NCBI RefSeq assembly: GCF_004010195.1
Contig: NC_057750.1
Coordinates: forward strand, 17,196,225 to 17,233,278
Origin: Chiloscyllium plagiosum
Lineage: Eukaryota
Length of the DNA stretch: 37,054 bases
Direction of reading: 5' to 3'
The notes below the pieces were generated by a model that was not told the DNA's origin, did no database searches, and saw only the letters and a list, made by a program, of their open reading frames with translations. A program made the translations under genes and the position numbers. This document shows positions 11,761-22,833 of the stretch, one piece after another; positions within the stretch are counted from its first letter, which is position 1, and the number at the start of each line of letters is the position of its first letter.

Positions 11761-11794
11761 TGAATAATAGAGCAGACTCGATGTGCTGCTCGAT

Positions 11795-14700
11795 GGGCCA
11801 ACATTGATCGTGCCTTTTGTTTACAGTGATTAAACGTGAACTCAGCTACTGAAATGCTACCAAGAACAGTCCTGGACATCAGTGGAGGCCCAGGCACCAT
11901 CTCCAAATGACTGACCTCCCGCCCCCCTCTCTCCCTCCCCACACACTTCCCTTGGAGTTCTACACAGGCGTGTACCCGAAACTCCCCTTCCCCAGATAAT
12001 CTGTCCAACATTGTCCTGTACACGGTAAAGGCAGAACCTGAGAAAACATTGCAGTAAAACGTTGTGTGTGTGTGTGTCGCGTGGGAAATTTGGAGACTCA
12101 CCCTTCCAAAAGGCGGCAGCAGCAGCAGTCTTGTTGTTGGTGTCCAGTGTTGGACGGGGTTGTGGGAGGGAGCGGTGTTGGACGGGGTTGTGGGAGGGAG
12201 CGGTGTTGGACGGGGTTGTGGGAGGGAGCGGTGTTGGACGGGGTTGTGGGAGGGAGCGGTGTTGGACGGGGTTGTGGGAGGGAGCGGTGTTGGACGGGGT
12301 TGTGGGAGGGAGCGGTGTTGGACGGGGTTGTGGGAGGGAGCGGTGTTGGACGGGGTTGTGGGAGGGAGCGGTGTTGGACGGGGTTGTGGGAGGGAGCGGT
12401 GTTGGACGGGGTTGTGGGAGGGAGCGGTGTTGGACGGGGTTGTGGGAGGGAGCGGTGTTGGACGGGGTTGTGGGAGGGAGCGGTGTTGGACGGGGTTGTG
12501 GGAGGGAGCGGTGTTGGACGGGGTTGTGGGAGGGAGCGGTGTTGGACGGGGTTGTGGGAGGGAGCGGTGTTGGACGGGGTTGTGGGAGGGAGCGGTGTTG
12601 GACGGGGTTGTGGGAGGGAGCGGTGTTGGACGGGGTTGTGGGAGGGAGCGGTGTTGGACGGGGTTGTGGGAGGGAGCGGTGTTGGACGGGGTTGTGGGAG
12701 GGAGCGGTGTTGGACGGGGTTGTGGGAGGGAGCGGTGTTGGACGGGGTTGTGGGAGGGAGCGGTGTTGGACGGGGTTGTGGGAGGGAGCGGTGTTGGACG
12801 GGGTTGTGGGAGGGAGCGGTGTTGGACGGGGTTGTGGGAGGGAGCGGTGTTGGACGGGGTTGTGGGAGGGAGCGGTGTTGGACGGGGTTGTGGGAGGGAG
12901 CGGTGTTGGACGGGGTTGTGGGAGGGAGCGGTGTTGGACGGGGTTGTGGGAGGGAGCGGTGTTGGACGGGGTTGTGGGAGGGAGCGGTGTTGGACGGGGT
13001 TGTGGGAGGGAGCGGTGTTGGACGGGGTTGTGGGAGGGAGCGGTGTTGGACGGGGTTGTGGGAGGGAGCGGTGTTGGACGGGGTTGTGGGAGGGAGCGGT
13101 GTTGGACGGGGTTGTGGGAGGGAGCGGTGTTGGACGGGGTTGTGGGAGGGAGCGGTGTTGGACGGGGTTGTGGGAGGGAGCGGTGTTGGACGGGGTTGTG
13201 GGAGGGAGCGGTGTTGGACGGGGTTGTGGGAGGGAGCGGTGTTGGACGGGGTTGTGGGAGGGAGCGGTGTTGGACGGGGTTGTGGGAGGGAGCGGTGTTG
13301 GACGGGGTTGTGGGAGGGAGCGGTGTTGGACGGGGTTGTGGGAGGGAGCGGTGTTGGACGGGGTTGTGGGAGGGAGCGGTGTTGGACGGGGTTGTGGGAG
13401 GGAGCGGTGTTGGACGGGGTTGTGGGAGGGAGCGGTGTTGGACGGGGTTGTGGGAGGGAGCGGTGTTGGACGGGGTTGTGGGAGGGAGCGGTGTTGGACG
13501 GGGTTGTGGGAGGGAGCGGTGTTGGACGGGGTTGTGGGAGGGAGCGGTGTTGGACGGGGTTGTGGGAGGGAGCGGTGTTGGACGGGGTTGTGGGAGGGAG
13601 CGGTGTTGGACGGGGTTGTGGGAGGGAGCGGTGTTGGACGGGGTTGTGGGAGGGAGCGGTGTTGGACGGGGTTGTGGGAGGGAGCGGTGTTGGACGGGGT
13701 TGTGGGAGGGAGCGGTGTTGGACGGGGTTGTGGGAGGGAGCGGTGTTGGACGGGGTTGTGGGAGGGAGCGGTGTTGGACGGGGTTGTGGGAGGGAGCGGT
13801 GTTGGACGGGGTTGTGGGAGGGAGCGGTGTTGGACGGGGTTGTGGGAGGGAGCGGTGTTGGACGGGGTTGTGGGAGGGAGCGGTGTTGGACGGGGTTGTG
13901 GGAGGGAGCGGTGTTGGACGGGGTTGTGGGAGGGAGCGGTGTTGGACGGGGTTGTGGGAGGGAGCGGTGTTGGACGGGGTTGTGGGAGGGAGCGGTGTTG
14001 GACGGGGTTGTGGGAGGGAGCGGTGTTGGACGGGGTTGTGGGAGGGAGCGGTGTTGGACGGGGTTGTGGGAGGGAGCGGTGTTGGACGGGGTTGTGGGAG
14101 GGAGCGGTGTTGGACGGGGTTGTGGGAGGGAGCGGTGTTGGACGGGGTTGTGGGAGGGAGCGGTGTTGGACGGGGTTGTGGGAGGGAGCGGTGTTGGACG
14201 GGGTTGTGGGAGGGAGCGGTGTTGGACGGGGTTGTGGGAGGGAGCGGTGTTGGACGGGGTTGTGGGAGGGAGCGGTGTTGGACGGGGTTGTGGGAGGGAG
14301 CGGTGTTGGACGGGGTTGTGGGAGGGAGCGGTGTTGGACGGGGTTGTGGGAGGGAGCGGTGTTGGACGGGGTTGTGGGAGGGAGCGGTGTTGGACGGGGT
14401 TGTGGGAGGGAGCGGTGTTGGACGGGGTTGTGGGAGGGAGCGGTGTTGGACGGGGTTGTGGGAGGGAGCGGTGTTGGACGGGGTTGTGGGAGGGAGCGGT
14501 GTTGGACGGGGTTGTGGGAGGGAGCGGTGTTGGACGGGGTTGTGGGAGGGAGCGGTGTTGGACGGGGTTGTGGGAGGGAGCGGTGTTGGACGGGGTTGTG
14601 GGAGGGAGCGGTGTTGGACGGGGTTGTGGGAGGGAGCGGTGTTGGACGGGGTTGTGGGAGGGAGCGGTGTTGGACGGGGTTGTGGGAGGGAGCGGTGTTG

Positions 14701-15405
14701 GACGGGGTTGTGGGAGGGAGCGGTGTTGGACGGGGTTGTGGGAGGGAGCGGTGTTGGACGGGGTTGTGGGAGGGAGCGGTGTTGGACGGGGTTGTGGGAG
14801 GGAGCGGTGTTGGACGGGGTTGTGGGAGGGAGCGGTGTTGGACGGGGTTGTGGGAGGGAGCGGTGTTGGACGGGGTTGTGGGAGGGAGCGGTGTTGGACG
14901 GGGTTGTGGGAGGGAGCGGTGTTGGACGGGGTTGTGGGAGGGAGCGGTGTTGGACGGGGTTGTGGGAGGGAGCGGTGTTGGACGGGGTTGTGGGAGGGAG
15001 CGGTGTTGGACGGGGTTGTGGGAGGGAGCGGTGTTGGACGGGGTTGTGGGAGGGAGCGGTGTTGGACGGGGTTGTGGGAGGGAGCGGTGTTGGACGGGGT
15101 TGTGGGAGGGAGCGGTGTTGGACGGGGTTGTGGGAGGGAGCGGTGTTGGACGGGGTTGTGGGTTGGGTGGGGGCGGTGTTGGATGGGGTTGTGGGGTGAG
15201 TGGGGTCAGTTTTGGATGGGATGGGGGGTGGTGGTGGTGAGGACTCTCACGCAGTGTGCTGCTGCCTAGTCTCTTGACGGGGAGCAGACCTAACAAAAAA
15301 CTCCAAGCTCCAGAGGAAATGCATTGAATCAATTAACCGAATAATCAATTATCTGAATGAAATAGTGCCTGCCCATCTCATTCGGATAATCGAGGATCCC
15401 CTGTA
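11795..15405. mobile_element. Probable non-autonomous Tc1/mariner (Tigger/pogo-like) element hosting the minisatellite; only the right TIR is visible
   Basis: TTCGGATAATCGAGGATCCCCTG+TA at 15381-15405 reads TA-CAGGGGATCCTCGATTATCCG on the minus strand, a Tigger-type TIR with TA target. Related subterminal motif CCGAATAATCAATTATCTGA at about 15338. Left boundary is a guess. Confidence 0.5.
12147..15239. repeat. G-rich minisatellite, 28-bp unit GTGTTGGACGGGGTTGTGGGAGGGAGCG; 107 perfect copies (12147-15142) plus degenerate units to about 15239
   Basis: 2996 bp = 107 x 28 with no variant unit seen. It accounts for the 28-aa periodic ORFs. Confidence 0.98.
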
Positions 15406-15574
15406 TAGGTGATTATACAAAACACTGACGACAGTACACTGTGCTGTAGTCGATGTTCAATCCCCTCCTCAGATTCTTGATAGCATGTGACTGCTGGGAG
15501 CAGAATTTGGTCACATCCATTATCATGTAATTAACATTCTTATTCTACTACAAGAGTACGAAAGATGGTTTGTG

Positions 15575-15790
15575 TGGATTGGTTAGCTCACTTGGCATGA
15601 TGAAAGGAACCTGGTGCAGAATGACACCAATGTTACTTGAGTTTGATCCATACACTGACTGGTAATTCCTAGAGGGCTGACTCCTTGTCTTACCCAAGCT
15701 TGATTTGGAATAGTACCTCTATATAATCTCATCCTCCTTTCTAAAGGAAAACTACATCTGGTTGCCTGTGGACCACTACGTGGAGTCTCA
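15575..15790 (+). mobile_element. tRNA-derived SINE, decayed
   Basis: GGTTAGCTCACTTGG A-box-like and GAGTTTGATCC B-box-like segments. Confidence 0.45.
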
Positions 15791-16021
15791 CCCCACAACA
15801 CATTGTCCTTTAAAGTGGCTGTGATGGAATGTACATTTACAAATAAAGTCTTTTATCGAGGTCCATCTGGAGCAGCTTGGTGTTGTAGGACTTTGCTATG
15901 TGTGTGTTACACATATCAAGACAAACATCAGCTGTGGCTGAAGGACCATTAACTCAGTGAAAGGCATTCTTTGGTCTGCCCAAAAATGATTGACCTCTCA
16001 TTTGGGCTCTCATTCACTAAG

Positions 16022-17341
16022 AGTTGCTTTTCAGACTGGAGGCCTGTGAACAGTGATGTGCCACAAGGATCGGTGCTGGGTCCACTGCTTTTCATAATTT
16101 ATATAAATGATTTGGATGTGAACATAGGAGGTATAGTTAGTGAGTTTGCAGATAACATCAAACTTGGAGGTGTACTGGACAGCGAAGAAGGTTACCTCAG
16201 AGTACAACGAGATCTTGATCAGATGGGCCAATGGACTGAGTGGCACATGGGTTTAATTTAGATAAATGTGAGGTACTGCATTTTTGAAAAGCAAATCAGA
16301 GTAGGACTTATACACTTAATGGTAAGGTGCTAGGGACTGTTGCTGAACAAAGAGACTTTGGAGTGCAGGTTCATAGTCTCTTGAAAGTAGAGTCACAGGT
16401 AGATAAGATAGTGAAGAAGGCATTTGATATGCTTTCCTTTATTGGTCAGAGCATTGAGTTTCTTTTTATTCATTTGTGGGACATAGGCATCACTGGCTGG
16501 CCAGCATTGATAGCCCATTCCTATTTGCCCTCGAGAAGGTGGTGGTGAGCTGCCTTCTTGAATTGCTGTAGTCCACTTTCTATGGGTTGACCCACAATAC
16601 TGATAGTGAGGGAATTCCAGGATTTTGACCCAGTGGCTGTGAAGGAATTGCGGTATATTTCCAAGTCGCTTGGAGGGGAACTTGCAGCTGGTGGTGTTCG
16701 GAAGTACCTGCTGCTCTTGTCCTTCTATGTGGAAGTGGTCGTGGGTTTGGAACGTATAGCAGTTGGGAGGTCTATACAGGACATTGGTTTAGGCCACTTT
16801 TGGAATATTGCATACAATTCTGGTTTCCTTCCTATCGGAAAGATGTTGTGAAACTTGAAAGGTTCAGAGAAGATTTACAAGGATGTTGCCAGGGTTAGAG
16901 GATTTGAGCTACAGGGAGAGGCTGAATAGGCTGGAGCTTTTTCTTGGAGCATCGGAGGATGAGTGGTGGCCTTATAGAGGTTTATAAAATCATGAGGGGC
17001 ATGAATAGGATAAATAGTCAATGTCCTTCCCGTAGAGTGGGTGAGCCCAGAACTAGAGGGCATAGTATTAGGGTGAGAGGGGAAAGATTTAGAAGGGACT
17101 TAAGAGGCAACCTTTTCACGCAGAGGATGGTACGAGTATGGAATGAGCTGCCAGAGGACGTGGTGGAAGGCTGGTACAATTACAACATTTAAAAGGCATC
17201 TGGATGGGTATATGAATAGGAAAGGTTTAGAGGGATATGGGCCAAGTGCTGGCAAATGGGACTAAATTAGGTTAGGATATCTGGTTGGCATGGACGGGTT
17301 GGACCAAAGGGTCTGTTTCCATGCTGCACGTCTGATTCTAA
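16022..17341 (+). mobile_element. CR1 LINE RT to 3' end (5'-truncated), interrupted by a family-B fragment
   Basis: SDWRPVNSDVPQGSVLGPLLFIIYINDLD...FADN; TRGHS...FTQRMVRVWNELP; TCTGATTCTA tail. Confidence 0.93.
16460..16752 (-). mobile_element. Family-B LINE 3' end nested antisense in a CR1
   Basis: TTTTTATTCATTTGTGGGACA...GGCTGGCCAGCATT...GCTTGGAGGGGAACTTGCA aligns with 30178-30470. Confidence 0.85.
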
Positions 17342-17577
17342 GTCTGGTGAGAACTATATGCTGAGGGATACAGGAAGCTTAGGGCAGGCACTGCAAGGTC
17401 AAAATGGGGAAAGGCCACTATTTAAGGCCTTTCAGCCACGTACTGAGGGACTGGAAACTGTAGAGCCCTTGGGCTGTGTGCCTGACAAAGAATTTCTATT
17501 GTAAATCAATGGATTGAGGTGCCTCTGAGTGTAACTTGGTGCAGGACGAAAAGCTTCGGGAGAAGTTTTCAAAAAGT

Positions 17578-17670
17578 ATTCTGCTGGAAGGTTCTTGACT
17601 CATTGTCAATTCAGTTTTCCTCTCCACAGGTACTTCCAGACCTGGTGAGCATTTCCAGCATTTTCTGTTT
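17578..17670 (+). mobile_element. Decayed Penelope pseudo-LTR fragment
   Basis: CTCTCCACAGGTACTTCCAGACCTGGTGAGCATTTCCAGCATTTTCTGTTT resembles the reverse complement of 21098-21234; hammerhead core eroded. Confidence 0.6.
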
Positions 17671-18120
17671 CTATTCTAATGCACTCCTGGCTGGTGTCCC
17701 ACATTCTACCCTTCAGAAACTAGAGGTCATCCAAAATTTGAATGCCTGTGTTATAACTCACAGCAAGTCCAGTTCCCCCATCAGCCCCTGTGTTCATTGA
17801 CCTTCATTATTTCCCCATCGAGCAACACCTGACTTTAAACATCATTATTTTCAACTCCCTGTAACCTTTCCTATCTCTGTAATTTTCTCCAGGCCCACAG
17901 CCTGTCCTGAGATATCTGCAGCCCTATGATTCTGCCTTCTTGTGCATTCCCAATCATAATCATGCACTCTTGGCAACAGTACTTTATGTTGCTGGGTCCC
18001 AAGCTCTGGAATTCACTTCCTACATCTCTTCAACCCACTTTCTCCTTTAGAATGCTCCTTCAAACATACTTCTTTGACCAAGCTTTTGGTCATCTGTCCT
18101 AATATATCCTAATGTGGCTT
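17671..18120 (+). mobile_element. L2 LINE 3' fragment
   Basis: YSNALLAGVPHSTLQKLEVIQN...SPISP is the L2 ORF2 C-terminus; 3' UTR CTTTGACCAAGCTTTTGGTCA. Confidence 0.85.
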
Positions 18121-18767
18121 AAATGGAACGTGTGTTCTCAGCACAGGGGATACTGCAGCAATATTAATAACGTGCTCTATCCACAACACAGCTATACTAT
18201 GACATAAAGTGATAACACCCACTATGCGCACACAAATTCCTCTTGGTTGGAACTGGTTCCTCAGTTCACTGTCAAAATGTCTAATCTCTTGATCAAGAGG
18301 AAAACAATTTCTGCATTCTTCTTGCTTGTATTATCTTGATTCCTATTACTGAGGACGCCAGACAACTGAATCATGGAACTGAGAGAAATGAGGCTTCACT
18401 CAGTTGGAACTTCAAGACCAGGGAATGTGAACAGACTTGGATAAGCCCATCTCACAATTTTCCCCTGCAAGTTCCTTGCACAGACTATGATATGAGATCT
18501 GAGAGCTAACGTATTGTGTTTGGTTGGATGAGTCTAATTTTAAGTAAGGCAGAGTGAAAATTAATTGTCGGACAACCAAGTTCTTTCATTCTCAGCACAG
18601 TCTGGCACCAACTCATTTGATCAGAAAAGCACCAATCTGGGACAAGATGGTTTTTTCAAAGTAACAACATCGACTTTAGCAATTCTCTGAAATGAGAGCA
18701 GAGGGTAAAGAGAGGCACAATTCCAGCATGCTGGAAAAGATTCCTGTTTCACAATCAGAGCTAACAA

Positions 18768-19085
18768 GAGTGGCATGGTGACTCAGTGGTTAGCACTGCT
18801 GCCTCACAACGCCAGGGACTCAGGTTCGAATCCAGCCTTGGGTGACTGTCTGTGTGGAGTTTGCACATTCTCCTAGTGTCTGCGTGAGTTTCCTCCATGT
18901 GCTCCAGCTTCTTCCCACAATCCAGAGATGTGCAGGTTAGGTGAATTGGCTATGCTAAATTGCCCATTGTGTTCAGGGATGTGTAGGTTAGGTGCATTAG
19001 TCAGGGGTAAATACTGTATAGGGTAGGGGGAATGGGTCTGTGTGGACTTGTTGGGTCAAATGGCCTGTTTCCACACTGTAGGGAT
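18768..19085 (+). mobile_element. HE1-type V-SINE (older copy)
   Basis: A box TGACTCAGTGG, B box GGTTCGAATCC, V-domain and GGCCTGTTTCCACACTGTAGG tail. Confidence 0.9.
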
Positions 19086-19139
19086 GTACAACATTGCACT
19101 TCACACATATTTATTGCTGCATTGTGCATAAGCATAGCT

Positions 19140-19212
19140 GTTTTGTAATGTTCCCGTGAGGCACCTTTAAACATGAATTCCATTAAAGATGCTAGATAAA
19201 TATTGTTATTGT
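19140..19212 (+). mobile_element. L2-type extreme 3' tail
   Basis: CCCGTGAGGCACCTT...TTAAAGATGCTAGATAAATATTGTTATTG resembles the L2 terminus; may be the displaced end of the L2 at 17671-18120. Confidence 0.45.
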
Positions 19213-19265
19213 GGATCAAATGGAAAGGAGTTTAGTTGAAAATAGGCTGAGGAACAATGACAGAT

Positions 19266-19516
19266 TTGAAACTTTATTGCTGGAACAGCACAGCAGGTCA
19301 GGCAGCATCCAGGGAACAGGAGATTCGACGTTTCGGGCACAGGCCCTTCTTCAGGAACGTCGAATCTCCTGTTCCCTGGATGCTGCCTGACCTGCTGTGC
19401 TGTTCCAGCAATAAAGTTTCAACTTTGTTCCCTGGATGCTGCCTGACCTGCTGTGCTGTTCCAGCAATAAAGTTTCAACTTTGATCTCCAGCATCTGCAG
19501 ACCTCACTTTCTCCTC
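19266..19516. mobile_element. Young Penelope mini-insert: inverted pseudo-LTR pieces, 56-bp tandem duplication, 14-bp TSD
   Basis: Perfect 67-bp IR 19266-19332 / 19356-19422; tandem 19370-19425 / 19426-19481; TSD GAACAATGACAGAT at 19252-19265 and 19517-19530. Confidence 0.92.
19324..19357 (-). ncRNA. Minimal type-I hammerhead ribozyme motif (intact core)
   Basis: UUC-CUGAAGA-A-GGGC-CUGU-GCCC-GAA-ACGU-C-GAA: stem I UUC/GAA, stem II GGGC/GCCC, palindromic ACGU stem III, GUC cleavage triplet (predicted cut between 19327 and 19326). Confidence 0.75.
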
Positions 19517-21097
19517 GAACAATGACAGATATCAAAGTAAAGTCTTAATGGCTCTCAACAAGGATTTATTGCATAGAAGAGAAGGATTCTATGAAGGGGA
19601 TAAACTGACCATGATTAAACAAGGAAGTTAGGGCTAGTATCTGATTGAAAGAGAAAAAATATATCATGCTAAAGATTGCTGGTAAGCCAAATGATTGAGG
19701 AAATTTTAAAAGCCATCAAAAGATGATAAAAAAAAAGTATGAGAAAATAAATTATGAGGGCAAACTAGCAAGTAACATATAAACATATCATAAGAAGTGC
19801 TTTAAATATATGAAAAGGAAGAGAGAGGCCAATGTGAAAATAGGCCCTTTAGAAAATGAAGCTAGGAAATGATAATTAAAACTAGGAAATTGCAGAGGAG
19901 TTGAATAAATACATTGCATCAGTCTTCATTCCAAATATACTAAATAATCGAGGAGGTGAAATGGGGAGGAAATAACAATAGCTATCACTAAGGAAACTAA
20001 TGGGACTCAATGCTGATTAATCCTCTGGACATGATCCTAGGATTTTATAGGAAATAGCTACAGAGATAGTGGATGCACTGGTAGTAATCTTCCAAGAATT
20101 CTTGGATTCTGGAAAAGTCCTAGAGAATTGGAAAACTGCCAATGAATCACCCTTATTCAAAAGGGATGGAGACAAAGAAAATCAGGGTACCCACCAGAGG
20201 GAGGTGGGGTGGGGTGACACTAGACCTGGATTTGACCAGAGAAATAGGATTAATTGTTGATTTCATGTGAAAATGTCCCTGGGTAGCAGTGATCATAATA
20301 TGTTTGAAATTTATAAGCAGTTTAAGGGAGAGAGGTGTGGGTCTAAAATCACTATTTTGAGTTTAAACAAGGGCAATTCTGAGGGCATGAAAGCAGAGCG
20401 AGCAAAAGTGAATGGGCAATTCAGTTTAAGGGATAGTCCAAGGAAGATGCAATGGCAAACATTTAAGGGCATGTCCCAAATGGTGTAGAATAGATACATT
20501 CTGACAAATAAGAAAACAAATCTAAGGGATGGGACCTGTCCTCTGTGGTTAACTAAAAAATCACAGATAGTATCAAAGTCAAAGAAAAATAATATATTGC
20601 GAAAAGATAGGTATGAAATCAGAAAATTGGATGGAATGTAAAAACAGCAAAGAGTTACAAAAAGATTTATAAGGAGTGAAAAATTAGAGAATGAATGGGA
20701 GAAAGTTAGACAAACATATAAAAACAGTTGTTTCAGATATTTTTCAAAAGAAAGAGTGAACAAGGTAAGTATCATTCCCATAGACAATAAGACTGGGGAG
20801 CTAGTAATGGAGGTCAAAGAGATGGCAGAGAAATTGAACACTAATTTGTGTTGGTTTTCACCAGACAGGATACAAGTAACATCCCAAAAATAGCTATAAA
20901 TCTGGAATGGAAAGGTTGATGGGGGTTTAGGGGTGGGGTGGGGGCGGGGTGGGGGGTGGGAAGAGGGCTCAAGAAAATGACAATTACCAGGGAAGTAGTG
21001 CTGAGGAAAACATTGGAGCTGTGAGTTGACAAATTGCTAAGTCCTGGTGGATTTCACCCTAGGATCTTAAAGGAAGTAGCTAGGGAGATAGATGATG

Positions 21098-21234
21098 GAA
21101 AAAGCTGTAAGAACTGCGAATGCTGTAAGTAAGAAACAAAAACAGAACTTGCTGGAAAAGCTCCATAGGTCTGGCAGCATCTGTGAAGAGTAATCAGATT
21201 TAACGCTTCAGGTCTGGTTACCCTTCCTTTTGTT
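21098..21234 (-). mobile_element. Penelope pseudo-LTR insert with 13-bp TSD
   Basis: TGCTGGAAAAGCTCCATAGGTCTGGCAGCATCTG body; TSD GAGATAG(A/T)TGATG at 21085-21097 and 21235-21247; hammerhead eroded or truncated. Confidence 0.8.
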
Positions 21235-22667
21235 GAGATAGTTGATGTGTTGGTTTTAATTTTCCAAAATTTGTTAGGTTTGAGGAAGGTTCCTTTAGAT
21301 TGGAAAATCCAGAATGTAATTCCTTTATTAAAAATAGGAGGGAAGCAGAAAGTAGGGAACTACAAATCCATTAGCTTAACATCTGTCATAGGGAAAATGT
21401 TAGAAATGTTATTAAAGTTCAAGGTAATCAGGCAGAGCCAACTTAGTTATATCAAAAAGGAAATTACGTTTAACTAATTTATGGGAATACTTTGTAGAAG
21501 CAACTTGTGCTGTGGACAGAGGGGAAACCAGTGGGTGTATTGTACTTAGATTTACAAAATGCAATTAATAAAGTGCAACATCAAAGCTTATTGTGTACAT
21601 TAAAAGCTCATGATGGAAGGGCTAACATATTGCCATGGATAGAAGATTGGCTGGCGAACAGAAAGCAGAGAGTAGGAATAAAAAGGTCTTCTTTAGGTTG
21701 GCAGAACATCATGAGTGGTGTGCCACAGGAGTCAATGTTGAGGCCTCAACTGTTTAGAACATATATAAATGATTTGGATGAAAGGTCCAAAGATATGGTA
21801 GCTAAATGACACAAAGATCGGTAAGAAAGTGAATTGTGAAAAGGACATAGGAAACCTACAAAGCAACATCGATTGGTTAAGTGAGTGCGCAAAGGTCTAA
21901 CAAATAGACTATAACGTTGGAAGATGTGAAATTGTCTATTTTCACAGAAAAAAACATTTTAAAAGAAGTACAGTATTTAATTAGGGAGAGTTTGCACAGT
22001 TCTGAGATGCGGAGAGATCGTGATACCCTAGTGCATGAATCACAGAATGTTAGTATACAGGTACAGCACATAATCAAGCTAATAAATGTTATGTTTTATT
22101 GTGAGGGGAATTGAATGCAAGAGTAGGGAGGTTATGCTTCAGTTTTACAGAGCATTAGTGATACTGCATCCTGAGGATTGTACTGGTCACCGTACTTAAG
22201 GAAGGATGTTAATATATTGGAAGCAATTCAGAGAAGATTTATTGGACTGATATCTGAAATGAACAGATTTCCTTCTGAGAAAAGGCTAGGCAGGCCAGAT
22301 CTGTATCTTTTTTAAAGTTTATAAGGGTCAGCGATTACTTATTTGAAACACAAAGTCCTAAGGGGACTTAACCAGGTGGATGTTGGAAAGGATTATTCCT
22401 CTTGTGGGTGAATCTAGAACTATGGGGCATCATTTAAAAAAAAATGGTTGTCCATTTAAGACAAAAATGAGGGGTTTTTTTCTGAGGGTTGAGAGTCTTC
22501 AAAATTGCCTTCTTTAAAAAGCGATGGTTATGGAATCTTTAAATATTATAAGGCAGGGATAGATAGTTTCTTGGTTATAGGGAACATGCAGAAATGCAGA
22601 GTTGAGGTTAAAATGAGAACAGCCATGATCTTACCAAATAGTGGACCAGGCTCCAAGGACTCAGTAG

Positions 22668-22833
22668 GAGAAAGTGAGGACTGCAGATGCTGGAGTACCA
22701 GAGTTGAAAAATGTGGTCCTGGAAAAACACAGGCCAGGCAGCATCTGAGGATTCCTGAAGAAGGGCTTATGTCCGAAACATCGATTCTCCTGCCCCTCAG
22801 ATGCTGCCTGGCCTGCACCACATTTTTCAACAA
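22668..22833. mobile_element. Penelope mini-insert with inverted arms, hammerhead motif in the loop, 16-bp TSD
   Basis: TSD TCCAAGGACTCAGTAG at 22652-22667 and 22834-22849. Plus strand 22751-22787 ATTC-CTGAAGA-A-GGGC-TTAT-GTCC-GAA-ACAT-C-GATTC. Confidence 0.9.

Larger units (their letters stand above)
10190..11785 (+). mobile_element. CR1 LINE RT to 3' end, with a nested antisense CR1 tail and a PLE insert
   Basis: DFQKAFDKV, SVLGPQLFTLYINDLD, KFIDD; ORF 10802 ALVREYLEYCEQVW...LEGVQR-like; 3' UTR GAGCAGACTCGATG. Confidence 0.9.

Noticed and set aside
12147..15142. CRISPR-like array (28-bp repeat)
   Set aside because: No spacers, no cas genes, eukaryotic context; it is a head-to-tail minisatellite.
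11751..15332. Four ORFs of more than 1000 aa (Pro-rich on minus; Gly/Val/Cys-rich in three plus frames)
   Set aside because: They arise from a stop-free 28-bp unit. All plus frames give the same 28-aa cycle, with no synonymous variation and no domain or gene context.
19266..19516. Tandem retrozyme array or pre-miRNA
   Set aside because: The 56-bp tandem unit excludes the hammerhead core, so there are no head-to-tail ribozyme monomers. The perfect hairpin is explained by PLE inversion.
20913..20963. Short G-rich tracts (also about 5896-5940, 29893-29912, 36062-36084)
   Set aside because: Low-complexity expansions inside decayed repeats; G4-capable but common and with no evidence of function.
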